Assembly: GCA_002505355.1 (NCBI GenBank)
Contig: DAUW01000076.1
Location: 970 to 48,550, forward strand
DNA length: 47,581 bases
Source of the DNA: Euryarchaeota archaeon UBA229
GTDB taxonomy: Archaea; Thermoplasmatota; Poseidoniia; Poseidoniales; Poseidoniaceae
Direction of reading: 5' to 3'
The position numbers and the translations under genes were made by a program. Positions 8,477 through 17,272 of the stretch are shown here, in pieces. The notes under the pieces were generated by a model. That model did not search any database. It had not been told where the DNA came from and was given only the letters and a program-made list of their open reading frames with translations. Positions within the stretch are counted from its first letter, which is position 1, and every line of letters starts with the position of its first letter.

Positions 8477-10675
8477 ATGATGAGGACGAAATTACCTGTG
8501 ACAATGATATTAATAACGCTCCTTTCTGCAAGCCTTGCGGGCTGTGTTGGGAACGAAGATGAAGCGAGTACCTCAGCCTGTACCGGCGATGAGTTGAAAG
8601 TTGCCTTTGATGTGAAGGACGATTTAACACCAGAATCAATTGATAATCCAAACAGAATCGCCAGTTACCTGTGTGACAAGTTGGGTATGGATGTCACCAT
8701 ATATGACGTCGACAGCGCAGCATTAGCAATGGAGGCGCTAAGATTCGGCAATGCCGATATCGCCATGAACATTGACGGTGGACCAGCATGGGTTGGATGG
8801 AATGCCTACGACTTAGAGGTGATGGCTGCAGATACCAAGGATGACGGCAGAGCATTCTATAACGCACATGCCTGGGTTTTACAGGGTAGCGAAATGGAAA
8901 TTGCGCTCAATGACGGCGATGATAACACAGATCCGTTCGCCCTACTCGAGGGGAAGACCTCATGTCACACCGGCTGGTTGAAGTCTGCAGGAATGTTGAT
9001 GCCAATGGGATATTTGATTGGTAATGGCTACGTGAATGTTCAGGGAGACCTGTCAGATACAGAGACACTTAGAACGACTATCAGCGAATATTTTGACGGA
9101 TCAACCGGAAAAGGTAACCCGGCCTCAATCCCAGTAAGTGGCGGTCTGTATTCAGGCTATGCTGGAGCATTAGAATGCTTGAGTGAGGGCTATGGTGACG
9201 TGGCATTTGCTAAAGATTCAACAGTCGGCTCGTACTGTGATAACGAAGACGTCAACGATAATTCAGATTGGTGTTTGGACATAAGCCAGTACGTTCCGCT
9301 ACCAAAGTTTGGTTCCTCTCCATCCCACTCGGTAATGTACAATGAAGAGGTATTAGCTGAGGATAAAGAACAAGCTATCAAGGATGCCTTGGTTGAAATG
9401 AAGAATGATGAAGAAGGTCTAGCAATTTTACAAGAGGTTCTTGGTACTGATGCAATGGTCGCAACAAACTCCCAAGAACACCTTGGTACCTATGGTGCAG
9501 CATTGGAAAACATACCCGGGATTTCCACAAAATACGGTAATGCATTCGATGGTGGTAACGCCTTATCTGAAATCAAGTCAACAATAACCATAGCGTATTA
9601 CCTTGCTGAAGATTCATCAGCAAATGCCAACGCCATCGGTATGGCTGAGAGATTAGAGAATGAACTTGGAGTAAACGTAGAATTGTATGATGTTTCATCG
9701 GAAGGTATGATCATTCAAGCTCTAAGATTCGGCAATGCAGACATTGGTTTCATGGAGGGTGGTCCAGCATGGATTGCCTGGAAGGAGTATGATCTACAGG
9801 TCTTAGCAGTTGAAACAACAACTGCAGAGCGAGATACTTACTACAACGCAGCGGCATGGGTCCTAGCGAATAGTACTATGGCACAATATCACTTAGATGG
9901 TGATGCAACAACCGATCCATTTGCTGAGCTGGCTGGAAAAACCTCATGCCATACTGGTTGGTTGAAATCTGCGGGAATGTTAATGCCGATGGGTTACATG
10001 ATTGGTAATGGATATGTAACTCCAGTGGGAGATACTGAAGATATCAATTCGCTGAGAGACACCATCAACGGCCATTTTGACGGCTCAACAGGTGCAGGAA
10101 ATCCAGCATCTATCCCTGAAAGTGGTGGCTTATATTCTGGATATGCTGGGGCTCTTGAATGCTTGAGTGAAGGCTATGGTGATGTGGCATTTGCTAAAGG
10201 TGATGAATTCTCAACAGTTCACAAATATTGCGATAATGAAGATTCCAACGACAATTCTGATTGGTGTCTATCATTGGATCAGTACGTCCAACTACCTGCC
10301 TGGGGTTCTTCTCCAAGCCATCCAATAATGTACAACCCTGAAACACTTGATGTGAGAACTAGAAACGCAATCCTGAATACAATGCTTAGTTGGAATGATG
10401 AAATGTGGGTCCAAGATTACGAAATGAATGGAGTAAATTACACTGGCTGCTACAACACTGTAACAAATGTAGTTGCTGATATTCCTCAAGTACAATGTGG
10501 TGGGGAGATTCTTTCCACTGTCACCAGCAAAGGATATGGTCTTGCGGCAGGCAACAGCCAGAATCATTTAGGAAGCTATTCTGATTTGTTATCTGCAATA
10601 CCAGGTTTGTCAAAGTATTATCATGACGAGAAATACGGTATAACAGATGCTGCATCTGAAACTAGTGAGTCTTAG
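8477..10675 (+). CDS. Bilobal transferrin-like ABC substrate-binding lipoprotein (PhnD/transferrin periplasmic-binding fold, two repeats); probable Fe(III) binding
   Basis: Lipobox SLAGC (Cys23). Two internal repeats each contain KTSCHTGWLKSAGMLMPMG, YSGYAGALECLSEGYGDVAFAK and SSPSH, which match the transferrin motifs KSCHTGxxRSAGWxxP, YxGYxGAFxCL..GDVAFVK and VPSH. Confidence 0.85.
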   Translation: MMRTKLPVTMILITLLSASLAGCVGNEDEASTSACTGDELKVAFDVKDDLTPESIDNPNRIASYLCDKLGMDVTIYDVDSAALAMEALRFGNADIAMNIDGGPAWVGWNAYDLEVMAADTKDDGRAFYNAHAWVLQGSEMEIALNDGDDNTDPFALLEGKTSCHTGWLKSAGMLMPMGYLIGNGYVNVQGDLSDTETLRTTISEYFDGSTGKGNPASIPVSGGLYSGYAGALECLSEGYGDVAFAKDSTVGSYCDNEDVNDNSDWCLDISQYVPLPKFGSSPSHSVMYNEEVLAEDKEQAIKDALVEMKNDEEGLAILQEVLGTDAMVATNSQEHLGTYGAALENIPGISTKYGNAFDGGNALSEIKSTITIAYYLAEDSSANANAIGMAERLENELGVNVELYDVSSEGMIIQALRFGNADIGFMEGGPAWIAWKEYDLQVLAVETTTAERDTYYNAAAWVLANSTMAQYHLDGDATTDPFAELAGKTSCHTGWLKSAGMLMPMGYMIGNGYVTPVGDTEDINSLRDTINGHFDGSTGAGNPASIPESGGLYSGYAGALECLSEGYGDVAFAKGDEFSTVHKYCDNEDSNDNSDWCLSLDQYVQLPAWGSSPSHPIMYNPETLDVRTRNAILNTMLSWNDEMWVQDYEMNGVNYTGCYNTVTNVVADIPQVQCGGEILSTVTSKGYGLAAGNSQNHLGSYSDLLSAIPGLSKYYHDEKYGITDAASETSES

Positions 10676-10726
10676 TAGGGCAGTTGCTATATACACTCTG
10701 CTTGCCGCAAGGGATGGGGTGGATTT

Positions 10727-11443
10727 TTGGGGCGGCCTAAACCAGTGGATGAAATACCATTGTCCTCTAAATCAGAAGCTGGTTTAGACCCAATTATTCA
10801 ACTAAGGAAGCTCGAAATCGGCTATAATAAATCACTAGTAAGCAACATCAATGTTGACATCTACCCGGGTGATAGGATTGCCATTATCGGTCCATCTGGC
10901 GTAGGAAAGACCACATTGTTGCGCACAATCGCTGGTTTAATTGCGCCTGTTTCAGGTGAAATTGCGAACAGCTATACAGCTAGAGGCCAAATTGGATATA
11001 TTCCTCAAAAGTTAGGATTAGTTCGCCACAGTAGTGCCAAAAACAACATATTGTTGGGTGCACGCACCCGAAAATCAAGGTTCTATCCACCGTTCTTACG
11101 AATTGGTGAAACCCTCAACAAAGAAGTAGACCTACTGATCGATAAACTGGGAATCGCAAATATTTCGAACGAGCCAGTTAGAATATTGTCTGGTGGACAA
11201 CAACGACGGGTTGCAATCGCCAGAGCGCTTATTCAGAAGCCAAAAGTTGTCATTGCAGATGAGTTTCTAGGCGAGTTAGATGTAGCAAATATTGAATCGA
11301 TAATTGATATACTGCTAACTCAGTTGGAAAATATTGGAGCTACGTTAGTAATGGTTGAACATCAGGAAGACATTGCGCGAAGCATTGCGACAAGAATCTG
11401 GCGGATTGATGGTAACTCCATCACAGAGGAGTTGGTACCGTGA
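10727..11443 (+). CDS. ABC transporter ATP-binding protein, PhnC-like
   Basis: GPSGVGKTT, LSGGQQRRVAIARAL, IADEFLGELD, VEH; overlaps the next gene. The TTG start is uncertain. Confidence 0.9.
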   Translation: MGRPKPVDEIPLSSKSEAGLDPIIQLRKLEIGYNKSLVSNINVDIYPGDRIAIIGPSGVGKTTLLRTIAGLIAPVSGEIANSYTARGQIGYIPQKLGLVRHSSAKNNILLGARTRKSRFYPPFLRIGETLNKEVDLLIDKLGIANISNEPVRILSGGQQRRVAIARALIQKPKVVIADEFLGELDVANIESIIDILLTQLENIGATLVMVEHQEDIARSIATRIWRIDGNSITEELVP

Positions 11444-12333
11444 ATAAAAAACTCCTTGCTAGCATAATTATCGTAATTTTGTTGACGCTTCTTGCAATCA
11501 ATGATGTTATTGGCAATTGGTCTGATATCGACGGCGGTTTCGAAAATTTGTATATTTTCTTTACAGAAGATCTATTTCCACCAGATTGGTCTATACTAGA
11601 AGCAGAACCAAATCTAGAGTGCAGTTCAGATATTGGCTTCTTTTGCTCTCAGGCATGGAAAGGTATCTCTGAAACAATACAAATGGCCTTTATTTCTACA
11701 GTTATTGGTTTCATCATCGCCTTACCGATTGCCTCACTAGCGGCAAATAACCTGTATCCTCTTCCTGTGGCAATGGTTGCGAGAGTTATTCTTGCCGGGC
11801 TGAGGAGCCTGCCAAGCATCATCTGGGCGCTAATCTTCACTATCGCGATCGGTTTTGGTCCATTATCCGGAGTTTTAGCGATGACGCTTTACACGATTGG
11901 ATACTTGGGTAAATTACAGTACGAAGGGATTGAAGGCATCGCCAACGAGCCTTTAGAGGCTTCAATGGCGATGGGATTAACGAGAAGTGAAAGGTTTGTT
12001 TTTGTCGTTATTCCCGAATCCAGCAACAACCTAATTAGTCAACTACTGTTTATGTTTGAGTACAATGTTAGACACGGTACCGTACTAGGTTTAGTTGGTG
12101 CAGGAGGAATCGGCAAATACATCGACACAAATCTTAAGTTCTTTATTTACGACAAAGCAATGGCATTCTTGATTGTGATATTTGTTGTTGTGGTAATCAT
12201 AGACATACTATCGATGATTATTCGCTCCTATGTAACCGACGAGAGTGACTTCAAGCGGCCAAAGTGGTGGACAGTGTTACTACCAAGCGATGCAGCAATG
12301 AAACTTCACCAGCGTAATGGTCATCAAGATTAG
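11440..12333 (+). CDS. ABC transporter permease, PhnE/PtxC-like
   Basis: ETIQMAFIST, RSLPSIIWALIF, GYLGKLQYEGIE, EAA-like loop, FEYNVRHGTVLGLVGAGGIG typical of PhnE. Confidence 0.9.
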   Translation: MNKKLLASIIIVILLTLLAINDVIGNWSDIDGGFENLYIFFTEDLFPPDWSILEAEPNLECSSDIGFFCSQAWKGISETIQMAFISTVIGFIIALPIASLAANNLYPLPVAMVARVILAGLRSLPSIIWALIFTIAIGFGPLSGVLAMTLYTIGYLGKLQYEGIEGIANEPLEASMAMGLTRSERFVFVVIPESSNNLISQLLFMFEYNVRHGTVLGLVGAGGIGKYIDTNLKFFIYDKAMAFLIVIFVVVVIIDILSMIIRSYVTDESDFKRPKWWTVLLPSDAAMKLHQRNGHQD

Positions 12334-12549
12334 TTATTCTGCTGCGATGTGGACAGCACCCGATTTGTAGAATACTTGAATCCGGTCAGGAACTTTTCTT
12401 GTTAGTGCAGCTACTGCCTCGTAGATTTCATCTTTCTTAACCTTGAATGCCTTGGCGGCACTGGCAGTAGACCACGGAACTGTTTCAAAGTCAGATTGTC
12501 GGATCCATTCAAACAGTCGTGCCTCGAGTTCGCTCAATTCATCCGCCAT
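12334..12549 (-). CDS. Small hypothetical protein, possibly winged-helix
   Basis: 71 aa, MADELSELEARLFEWI...WSTASAAKAFKVKKDEIYEAVAALTRK, with an HTH-like pattern. ATG 12549 is preceded by GGGGA. Confidence 0.65.
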   Translation of the reverse strand: MADELSELEARLFEWIRQSDFETVPWSTASAAKAFKVKKDEIYEAVAALTRKVPDRIQVFYKSGAVHIAAE

Positions 12550-12598
12550 GATGTCCCCTATGGCAATGTTATACAAAACAACACCGACGGTTCGCCGT

Positions 12599-13597
12599 CT
12601 AGTTCAAACCAACAATTCTACGACAGCATTCCTCTGCGTCAATCTCACCATCAAGTAGTGAGTTGATAGCGCGGGTGAATGGCACACTTATCCCTTCGTC
12701 GTTTGCGCGCATAATGAACATTCTAGCTGCTCTAACCCCTTCAGCCACCATGGTCATTTCTGCGAGTGCCTCATCGACTGTGAGACCCGTGCCCAACTTT
12801 TCCCCCATGCTTCGATTTCTCCCATATGGAGAAGTTGCCGTGACGTAAAGATCGCCCAAACCTGCTGGACCAAACGCAACCTCTGCTTTTGCACCAAGTT
12901 GCGGTAACAATAGGCATCCTTCTTTGAAGCCTGCCATGAATATAGCTGCTTTTAGGTTGTCACCACCAAGCGTACCGACTTTTTTCAAACCATCAACTAG
13001 ACCACATGTCAGAGCAATTACGTTCTTGAAAGCACCCCATAATTCTGCGCCGACTGGGTCAGACGCTGCATGAAGAATGAAGGTTTGAGTAGTTAGCGTT
13101 TCAGCTAATCGCTTAGCAACAGATTCATCCTCACTTGCCACGAGTGCGGTGGTAATGACTCCTCCAGCAGCCTCCGGCGCAATTGTCGGTCCGGTAACCA
13201 CGGCCAATGGATTGTTTTTTTCCGCTGAGTTGAGTTTTTCGTGAATTGCTTGTGAAATCAAACGCTTGCCTGGAGCAAGGCCTTTTGCCAGATCGATAAG
13301 CACGTGGCCAGGCCTTAGATGAGGTATTATTTGATCGACAACATCTAAGATTACTGAGGATGGAATCGCTAACACAACTATCTCAACCCCCTCTAGTGCC
13401 TCATCGATATGCATTGTAGCCTCTAAACCTTCAACAGGGTGATCTGGTAGGTATTTTTTGTTAATCCCGTCCATTACTACGGACTCATAAACTTCTTGTT
13501 CGATGGTCCAACCTTTGACTTTGTGACCTTCCAATAACCACATTCTTGCCACTGCAGTGCCCCAATTTCCAAGGCCTAGAATTGCAATATGCGCCAT
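12599..13597 (-). CDS. gpsA: NAD(P)H-dependent glycerol-3-phosphate dehydrogenase (bacterial type)
   Basis: GLGNWGTAVA, LAKGL, GPTIAPE, GAELWGAFKNVIA, GLGDLYVTATSPYGRN, VAEGV. Confidence 0.95.
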   Translation of the reverse strand: MAHIAILGLGNWGTAVARMWLLEGHKVKGWTIEQEVYESVVMDGINKKYLPDHPVEGLEATMHIDEALEGVEIVVLAIPSSVILDVVDQIIPHLRPGHVLIDLAKGLAPGKRLISQAIHEKLNSAEKNNPLAVVTGPTIAPEAAGGVITTALVASEDESVAKRLAETLTTQTFILHAASDPVGAELWGAFKNVIALTCGLVDGLKKVGTLGGDNLKAAIFMAGFKEGCLLLPQLGAKAEVAFGPAGLGDLYVTATSPYGRNRSMGEKLGTGLTVDEALAEMTMVAEGVRAARMFIMRANDEGISVPFTRAINSLLDGEIDAEECCRRIVGLN

Positions 13598-13691
13598 GTA
13601 TATCGAGTCTACGATATGGTTAGTGCTTATGTTAATTGTTGCTCAAGCAGACCTAAACTAGTGATTTACCAACTCATTGAGAGTATTGAAT

Positions 13692-14894
13692 TCAAAAAAG
13701 GTCGTCGTCTTCTTCGTCAAAGTCAAAGACATCATCATCTGGTTTCGCTTCAGTTTTCTTGGCCTTGGTTGGTTTTGCTTTCGACTTCGCCGGTTCTTTC
13801 TCTGCTTTTTTGGGCGGCGCCTCTGGCGATTTTTCAGCTTTAGCAGCCTTTTCGGCTGCTGCCTTCTGTTTCATCTCTGCGGTTGCTGCTTGGGTTCTCG
13901 CACTGGCGATTTCCAATTCTCGAGCTTTGATTTCTTCTGCCGAGCGACCCGTTTGAGCAGCAAGACTTCTGCGGCGGTCTTCACGGGCTTTACGTTCGAG
14001 CTGCTTGTGCCTTGCTTTCTCGATATTTTGTAGCATATACATTGCATCATGCTCTAGCAATGGTGAATCTGAAATTAGAGTAATGTCTAGCCATCCACCT
14101 TCTTCGACAATAAATTCAGCCAGGGGTTCGAAGTTGAGGTCGGATTTTTTAATCTGCGTGTAATGCATTGCGTTACCAGTTCGATGTTCTACACCGGAAA
14201 AGTGGCAATAAAATTCTTTGGTTCCAATGGTTTCGCGCACAAGATCAAACATCTCTCCGTAATCCTCAGATGTTCGCATACTACCATGACCTCTCGAATG
14301 GATGTGCGCAATGTTTAGCACCGGCACCGTCCCCTCGACGTGGTTGACTACCTCGAGAACTTCTTCGAGACTACCCCACAATTCCTGCCGGCCGGACGTT
14401 TCAATGCCGATTTTTGACGGAGTTCCGTCTTTTAGCCACGGGAATACCGGATAAACATCTTCATCATCATGCCATATCTCGTGGACTCTATCAACAATCC
14501 CAGCAAATACATTGGCCAGTTGTTCATTTGCTGCTCTCCCTCGACCCATCTCGCCGTAGTGACCTGCATGGAGTGTTATATGTCGGGCATTAATCGTTTT
14601 AGCCGCTTGTAGAGTAGACTCAATTTTTGTCAAAGAGCGCCCTCTTTCAACACGGTCACCAAGAAGTTCTGAATAATAGGGTCCGTGGATGTTCATTTCA
14701 AATTCAGTTTTGTTTGCCAAAACCCCAGCTTGCCAGTATTGTTCAAAATGCTGGGGAGCAATCATCCTAACGGTTTGAACTTCCATGGTTTCTAAGCCAA
14801 GAGAGATGATGTCGTCCATTCCTTCGACAATTGTTCGCCCTTTGCATGATAACGGAATTCCTGCTGGACCTAATCTCACCGACAACAAACCCAC
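13692..14894 (-). CDS. Endonuclease IV / AP-endonuclease-2 family TIM-barrel protein with a charged C-terminal extension
   Basis: RLGPAGIP, IHGPYY, ITLHAG, IETSG, NIAHIH, CHFSG and ISDSP, followed by a Lys/Ala/Glu-rich tail and an acidic end. Confidence 0.8.
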   Translation of the reverse strand: MGLLSVRLGPAGIPLSCKGRTIVEGMDDIISLGLETMEVQTVRMIAPQHFEQYWQAGVLANKTEFEMNIHGPYYSELLGDRVERGRSLTKIESTLQAAKTINARHITLHAGHYGEMGRGRAANEQLANVFAGIVDRVHEIWHDDEDVYPVFPWLKDGTPSKIGIETSGRQELWGSLEEVLEVVNHVEGTVPVLNIAHIHSRGHGSMRTSEDYGEMFDLVRETIGTKEFYCHFSGVEHRTGNAMHYTQIKKSDLNFEPLAEFIVEEGGWLDITLISDSPLLEHDAMYMLQNIEKARHKQLERKAREDRRRSLAAQTGRSAEEIKARELEIASARTQAATAEMKQKAAAEKAAKAEKSPEAPPKKAEKEPAKSKAKPTKAKKTEAKPDDDVFDFDEEDDDLF

Positions 14895-15027
14895 CCCGCA
14901 GGTTCAAGCCAACGGTCACCTAATGATAAGACCTTTCCGTTATTAGGACAAAAAATCCCGGGAAAAGGCAAATTTGCAGTTATGATGATATGCGACACTT
15001 CATGAATGAGAGGTTCAACCCGCAGCC

Positions 15028-15741
15028 ATGAGCAATTCAATCGAAGCGGCCATCGATGCTTTTGCCAATGGCTTACCAGTATGTTTGTTTGACTCCGAAA
15101 AACGGGAAGGTGAAACAGATTTACTATTTTCTGCCCAACATGCCACACCCGCTACAATGCGACAACTCCGGCAAGACTGTGGCGGTTTGCTGTTTCTAGC
15201 AATTGGTCACGAAGTTGGCGAGAAATTTGGTCTGCCTTTCCTACAAGATTTACATACCCAACCGGAACTTGTTTCCAAGTTTGATGTGCTAGAGCAGTTA
15301 GTCACCAATGATTTACGGTATGACGCCCGCTCAGCGTTCACTTTATCGCTCAATCACCGTGAAACCTACACAGGAATTACTGACAAAGATCGCAGTCTCA
15401 CAACACGAAGATTCGCAGAGTTGACCAGCGAGGTTTTTTCCAGTAACCTCTCGCCAGAAGCCGCAAAAAAGTTGCTTGGCAGTGAATTCAGAACTCCTGG
15501 GCACATTCCTGTGTGCCGAGAGACCGAGGGCGGTCTAACCCGTCGTCAGGGTCATACTGAGTTGGCGGTCGGACTTGCTAGGTTGGCTAACGTATCTCCA
15601 GTGGTAATCGGTGCTGAAATGCTTGAACCAGACGGCGACTTGGCCTTGTCAGTAGATGCTGCTAAATCATGGGCAGAAACTCGTAACATTCCGTTCCTTG
15701 AGGGAGCGGACATTATCCATGCTTTGGCTGAGATGAGTTAA
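15028..15741 (+). CDS. ribB: 3,4-dihydroxy-2-butanone-4-phosphate synthase (archaeal type)
   Basis: FDSEKREGETD, RSAFTLSLNH, TGITDKDR, FRTPGHIP, RQGHTE. Confidence 0.95.
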   Translation: MSNSIEAAIDAFANGLPVCLFDSEKREGETDLLFSAQHATPATMRQLRQDCGGLLFLAIGHEVGEKFGLPFLQDLHTQPELVSKFDVLEQLVTNDLRYDARSAFTLSLNHRETYTGITDKDRSLTTRRFAELTSEVFSSNLSPEAAKKLLGSEFRTPGHIPVCRETEGGLTRRQGHTELAVGLARLANVSPVVIGAEMLEPDGDLALSVDAAKSWAETRNIPFLEGADIIHALAEMS

Positions 15742-15790
15742 TCGGTAGTATCATCAGTAACAACTAACAGGAATATCTGGAGAGGAACTC

Positions 15791-16225
15791 ATGAGAGTCA
15801 TGGCGGTTGGAGTTTTCGATTTACTCCATGCTGGACATCTTCATTATTTAGAGCAAGCAAAGGCATTAGGAGACCATCTAACCGTTGTCGTCGCTCACGA
15901 CGATACGGTTCGAATACGGAAACACGAACCAGTTACCAACCACGACCTACGCAGGCGCATGGTTGAAGGACTAAAGCCAGTAGATGAAGCAATAATCGGC
16001 AATTCACCAGATGTTTCGATCTATGATATTCTTCCAAAAGTAGACCCTGACATCATTGCCTTGGGCTATGACCAAGAGCATGCAGAAGATGCTATTAAGC
16101 ATAAATTACAAGATTTAGGTCACAGAAAAATTACAGTTACTAGGGTCGCAGGACTTTCTGATGACTTAGATGGGACTAGGAAGATAATTGCCCGTATTCT
16201 TGAATTATCCCAAAATAAAGCTTGA
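15791..16225 (+). CDS. ribL: Archaeal FAD synthase (cytidylyltransferase-like fold)
   Basis: GVFDLLHAGHLHYL (HxGH), PDIIALGYDQ; located in the riboflavin operon. Confidence 0.88.
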   Translation: MRVMAVGVFDLLHAGHLHYLEQAKALGDHLTVVVAHDDTVRIRKHEPVTNHDLRRRMVEGLKPVDEAIIGNSPDVSIYDILPKVDPDIIALGYDQEHAEDAIKHKLQDLGHRKITVTRVAGLSDDLDGTRKIIARILELSQNKA

Positions 16226-16234
16226 GGAATAGAC

Positions 16235-16846
16235 ATGTTCACTGGAATTGTTCAAGGAATTGGCGAGATCATCGCAACCACTGAGAAGAATACCGTGACC
16301 TCCTATGCAATAAGGTTGCCAAATGTCGAAGGGCTTGTTATTGGTGCTAGCGTTTCTATCAACGGTGTCTGTCTTACAGTCGTTGCTATTGATGCCGATA
16401 TCGTGCAGTTTGATATCATCAAGGAGACGTTGGAACGGACAAATTTAGGAGATTTGTCGGTTGGTGATGTCGTTAATATCGAACGGTCGTTGAAATTTGG
16501 TGATGAAGTTGGCGGGCATATATTGTCAGGGCATATTTTTGCTACTGGTGTTATCTCGACCAAATCCAAGACGGGCGACCAGATGTCGTTGAAGATAAAA
16601 TCCCCGCCAGTAATTGAAAAATATCTTACCGAAAAAGGCTATATTGCCATTGACGGCATATCATTGACCGTTGGAAAAGTTGAGGCTGGTTACTTCGATT
16701 TGCACATTATACCGGAAACGATGAGATTGACTACTCTAGACGCAAAAATAGTTGGAGATTTAGTCAATATTGAGATTGACAGTAATACTCAGTTGATTGT
16801 GGAAACGATAGAGAGATTATTACAAGAAAGGAGTGACCAGATATGA
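16235..16846 (+). CDS. ribE: Riboflavin synthase (bacterial alpha-chain type)
   Basis: N-terminal MFTGIV, SINGVCLTV, NIERSL..GGHILSGH, IAIDGISLTV, VNIEID. Confidence 0.95.
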   Translation: MFTGIVQGIGEIIATTEKNTVTSYAIRLPNVEGLVIGASVSINGVCLTVVAIDADIVQFDIIKETLERTNLGDLSVGDVVNIERSLKFGDEVGGHILSGHIFATGVISTKSKTGDQMSLKIKSPPVIEKYLTEKGYIAIDGISLTVGKVEAGYFDLHIIPETMRLTTLDAKIVGDLVNIEIDSNTQLIVETIERLLQERSDQI

Positions 16847-17235
16847 GGATAGTAGCGGTATGTGGTTCGTTTCACAAATCAGAGATACAATCAATGCTTG
16901 ATTTTGCCAAAGATGAGGCAGATAAATGGAGTATAGAAATTGCTGAAGTTATCTGGGTTCCAGGTTCAATGGAGGTGCCCCTAGCTCTGCGACGAGTCCT
17001 CGAGCAATATGATGGCGCAATATGCTTGGGTATAATTGAGAAAGGTGAGACACTGCACGGTTCCGCAATGGGTAATGCAGTAATCAAATCGGTAGTTGAC
17101 CTGCAGTTAGATTTCAACAAACCAATCGGTTTAGGTATTATTGGGCCGGGCGCAGAGCCTCATCACATAGCACCTAGGCTTGAGCCACATGCCAGAGCTG
17201 CTGTTAATGCAGTTCGCGTAATGAACACAACGTAG
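16843..17235 (+). CDS. ribH: 6,7-dimethyl-8-ribityllumazine synthase
   Basis: VPGSMEVP, DGAICLGIIEKGETLH, KPIGLGIIGPG; overlaps ribE. Confidence 0.92.
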   Translation: MRIVAVCGSFHKSEIQSMLDFAKDEADKWSIEIAEVIWVPGSMEVPLALRRVLEQYDGAICLGIIEKGETLHGSAMGNAVIKSVVDLQLDFNKPIGLGIIGPGAEPHHIAPRLEPHARAAVNAVRVMNTT

Positions 17236-17272
17236 GGATATTGTTCAATTACTCGAACAACATCCCTCGCCC

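Noticed and set aside
8477..12333. Plain phosphonate/phosphite transporter phnDCE
   Set aside because: The ATPase and permease are PhnC/PhnE-like, but the binding protein has transferrin Fe ligands in both lobes, the promoter has DtxR-like boxes, and no C-P lyase or ptxD genes are nearby. Not fully excluded without a binding assay.
13589..14033. Phe/Leu/Cys-rich plus-strand ORFs
   Set aside because: Antisense shadows of the Lys/Glu-rich tail of the endonuclease IV-like gene.
14895..15027. FMN riboswitch or C/D-box sRNA upstream of ribB
   Set aside because: No RFN consensus blocks were seen. An ATGATGA C-box-like word near 14992 has no properly placed CTGA D box.
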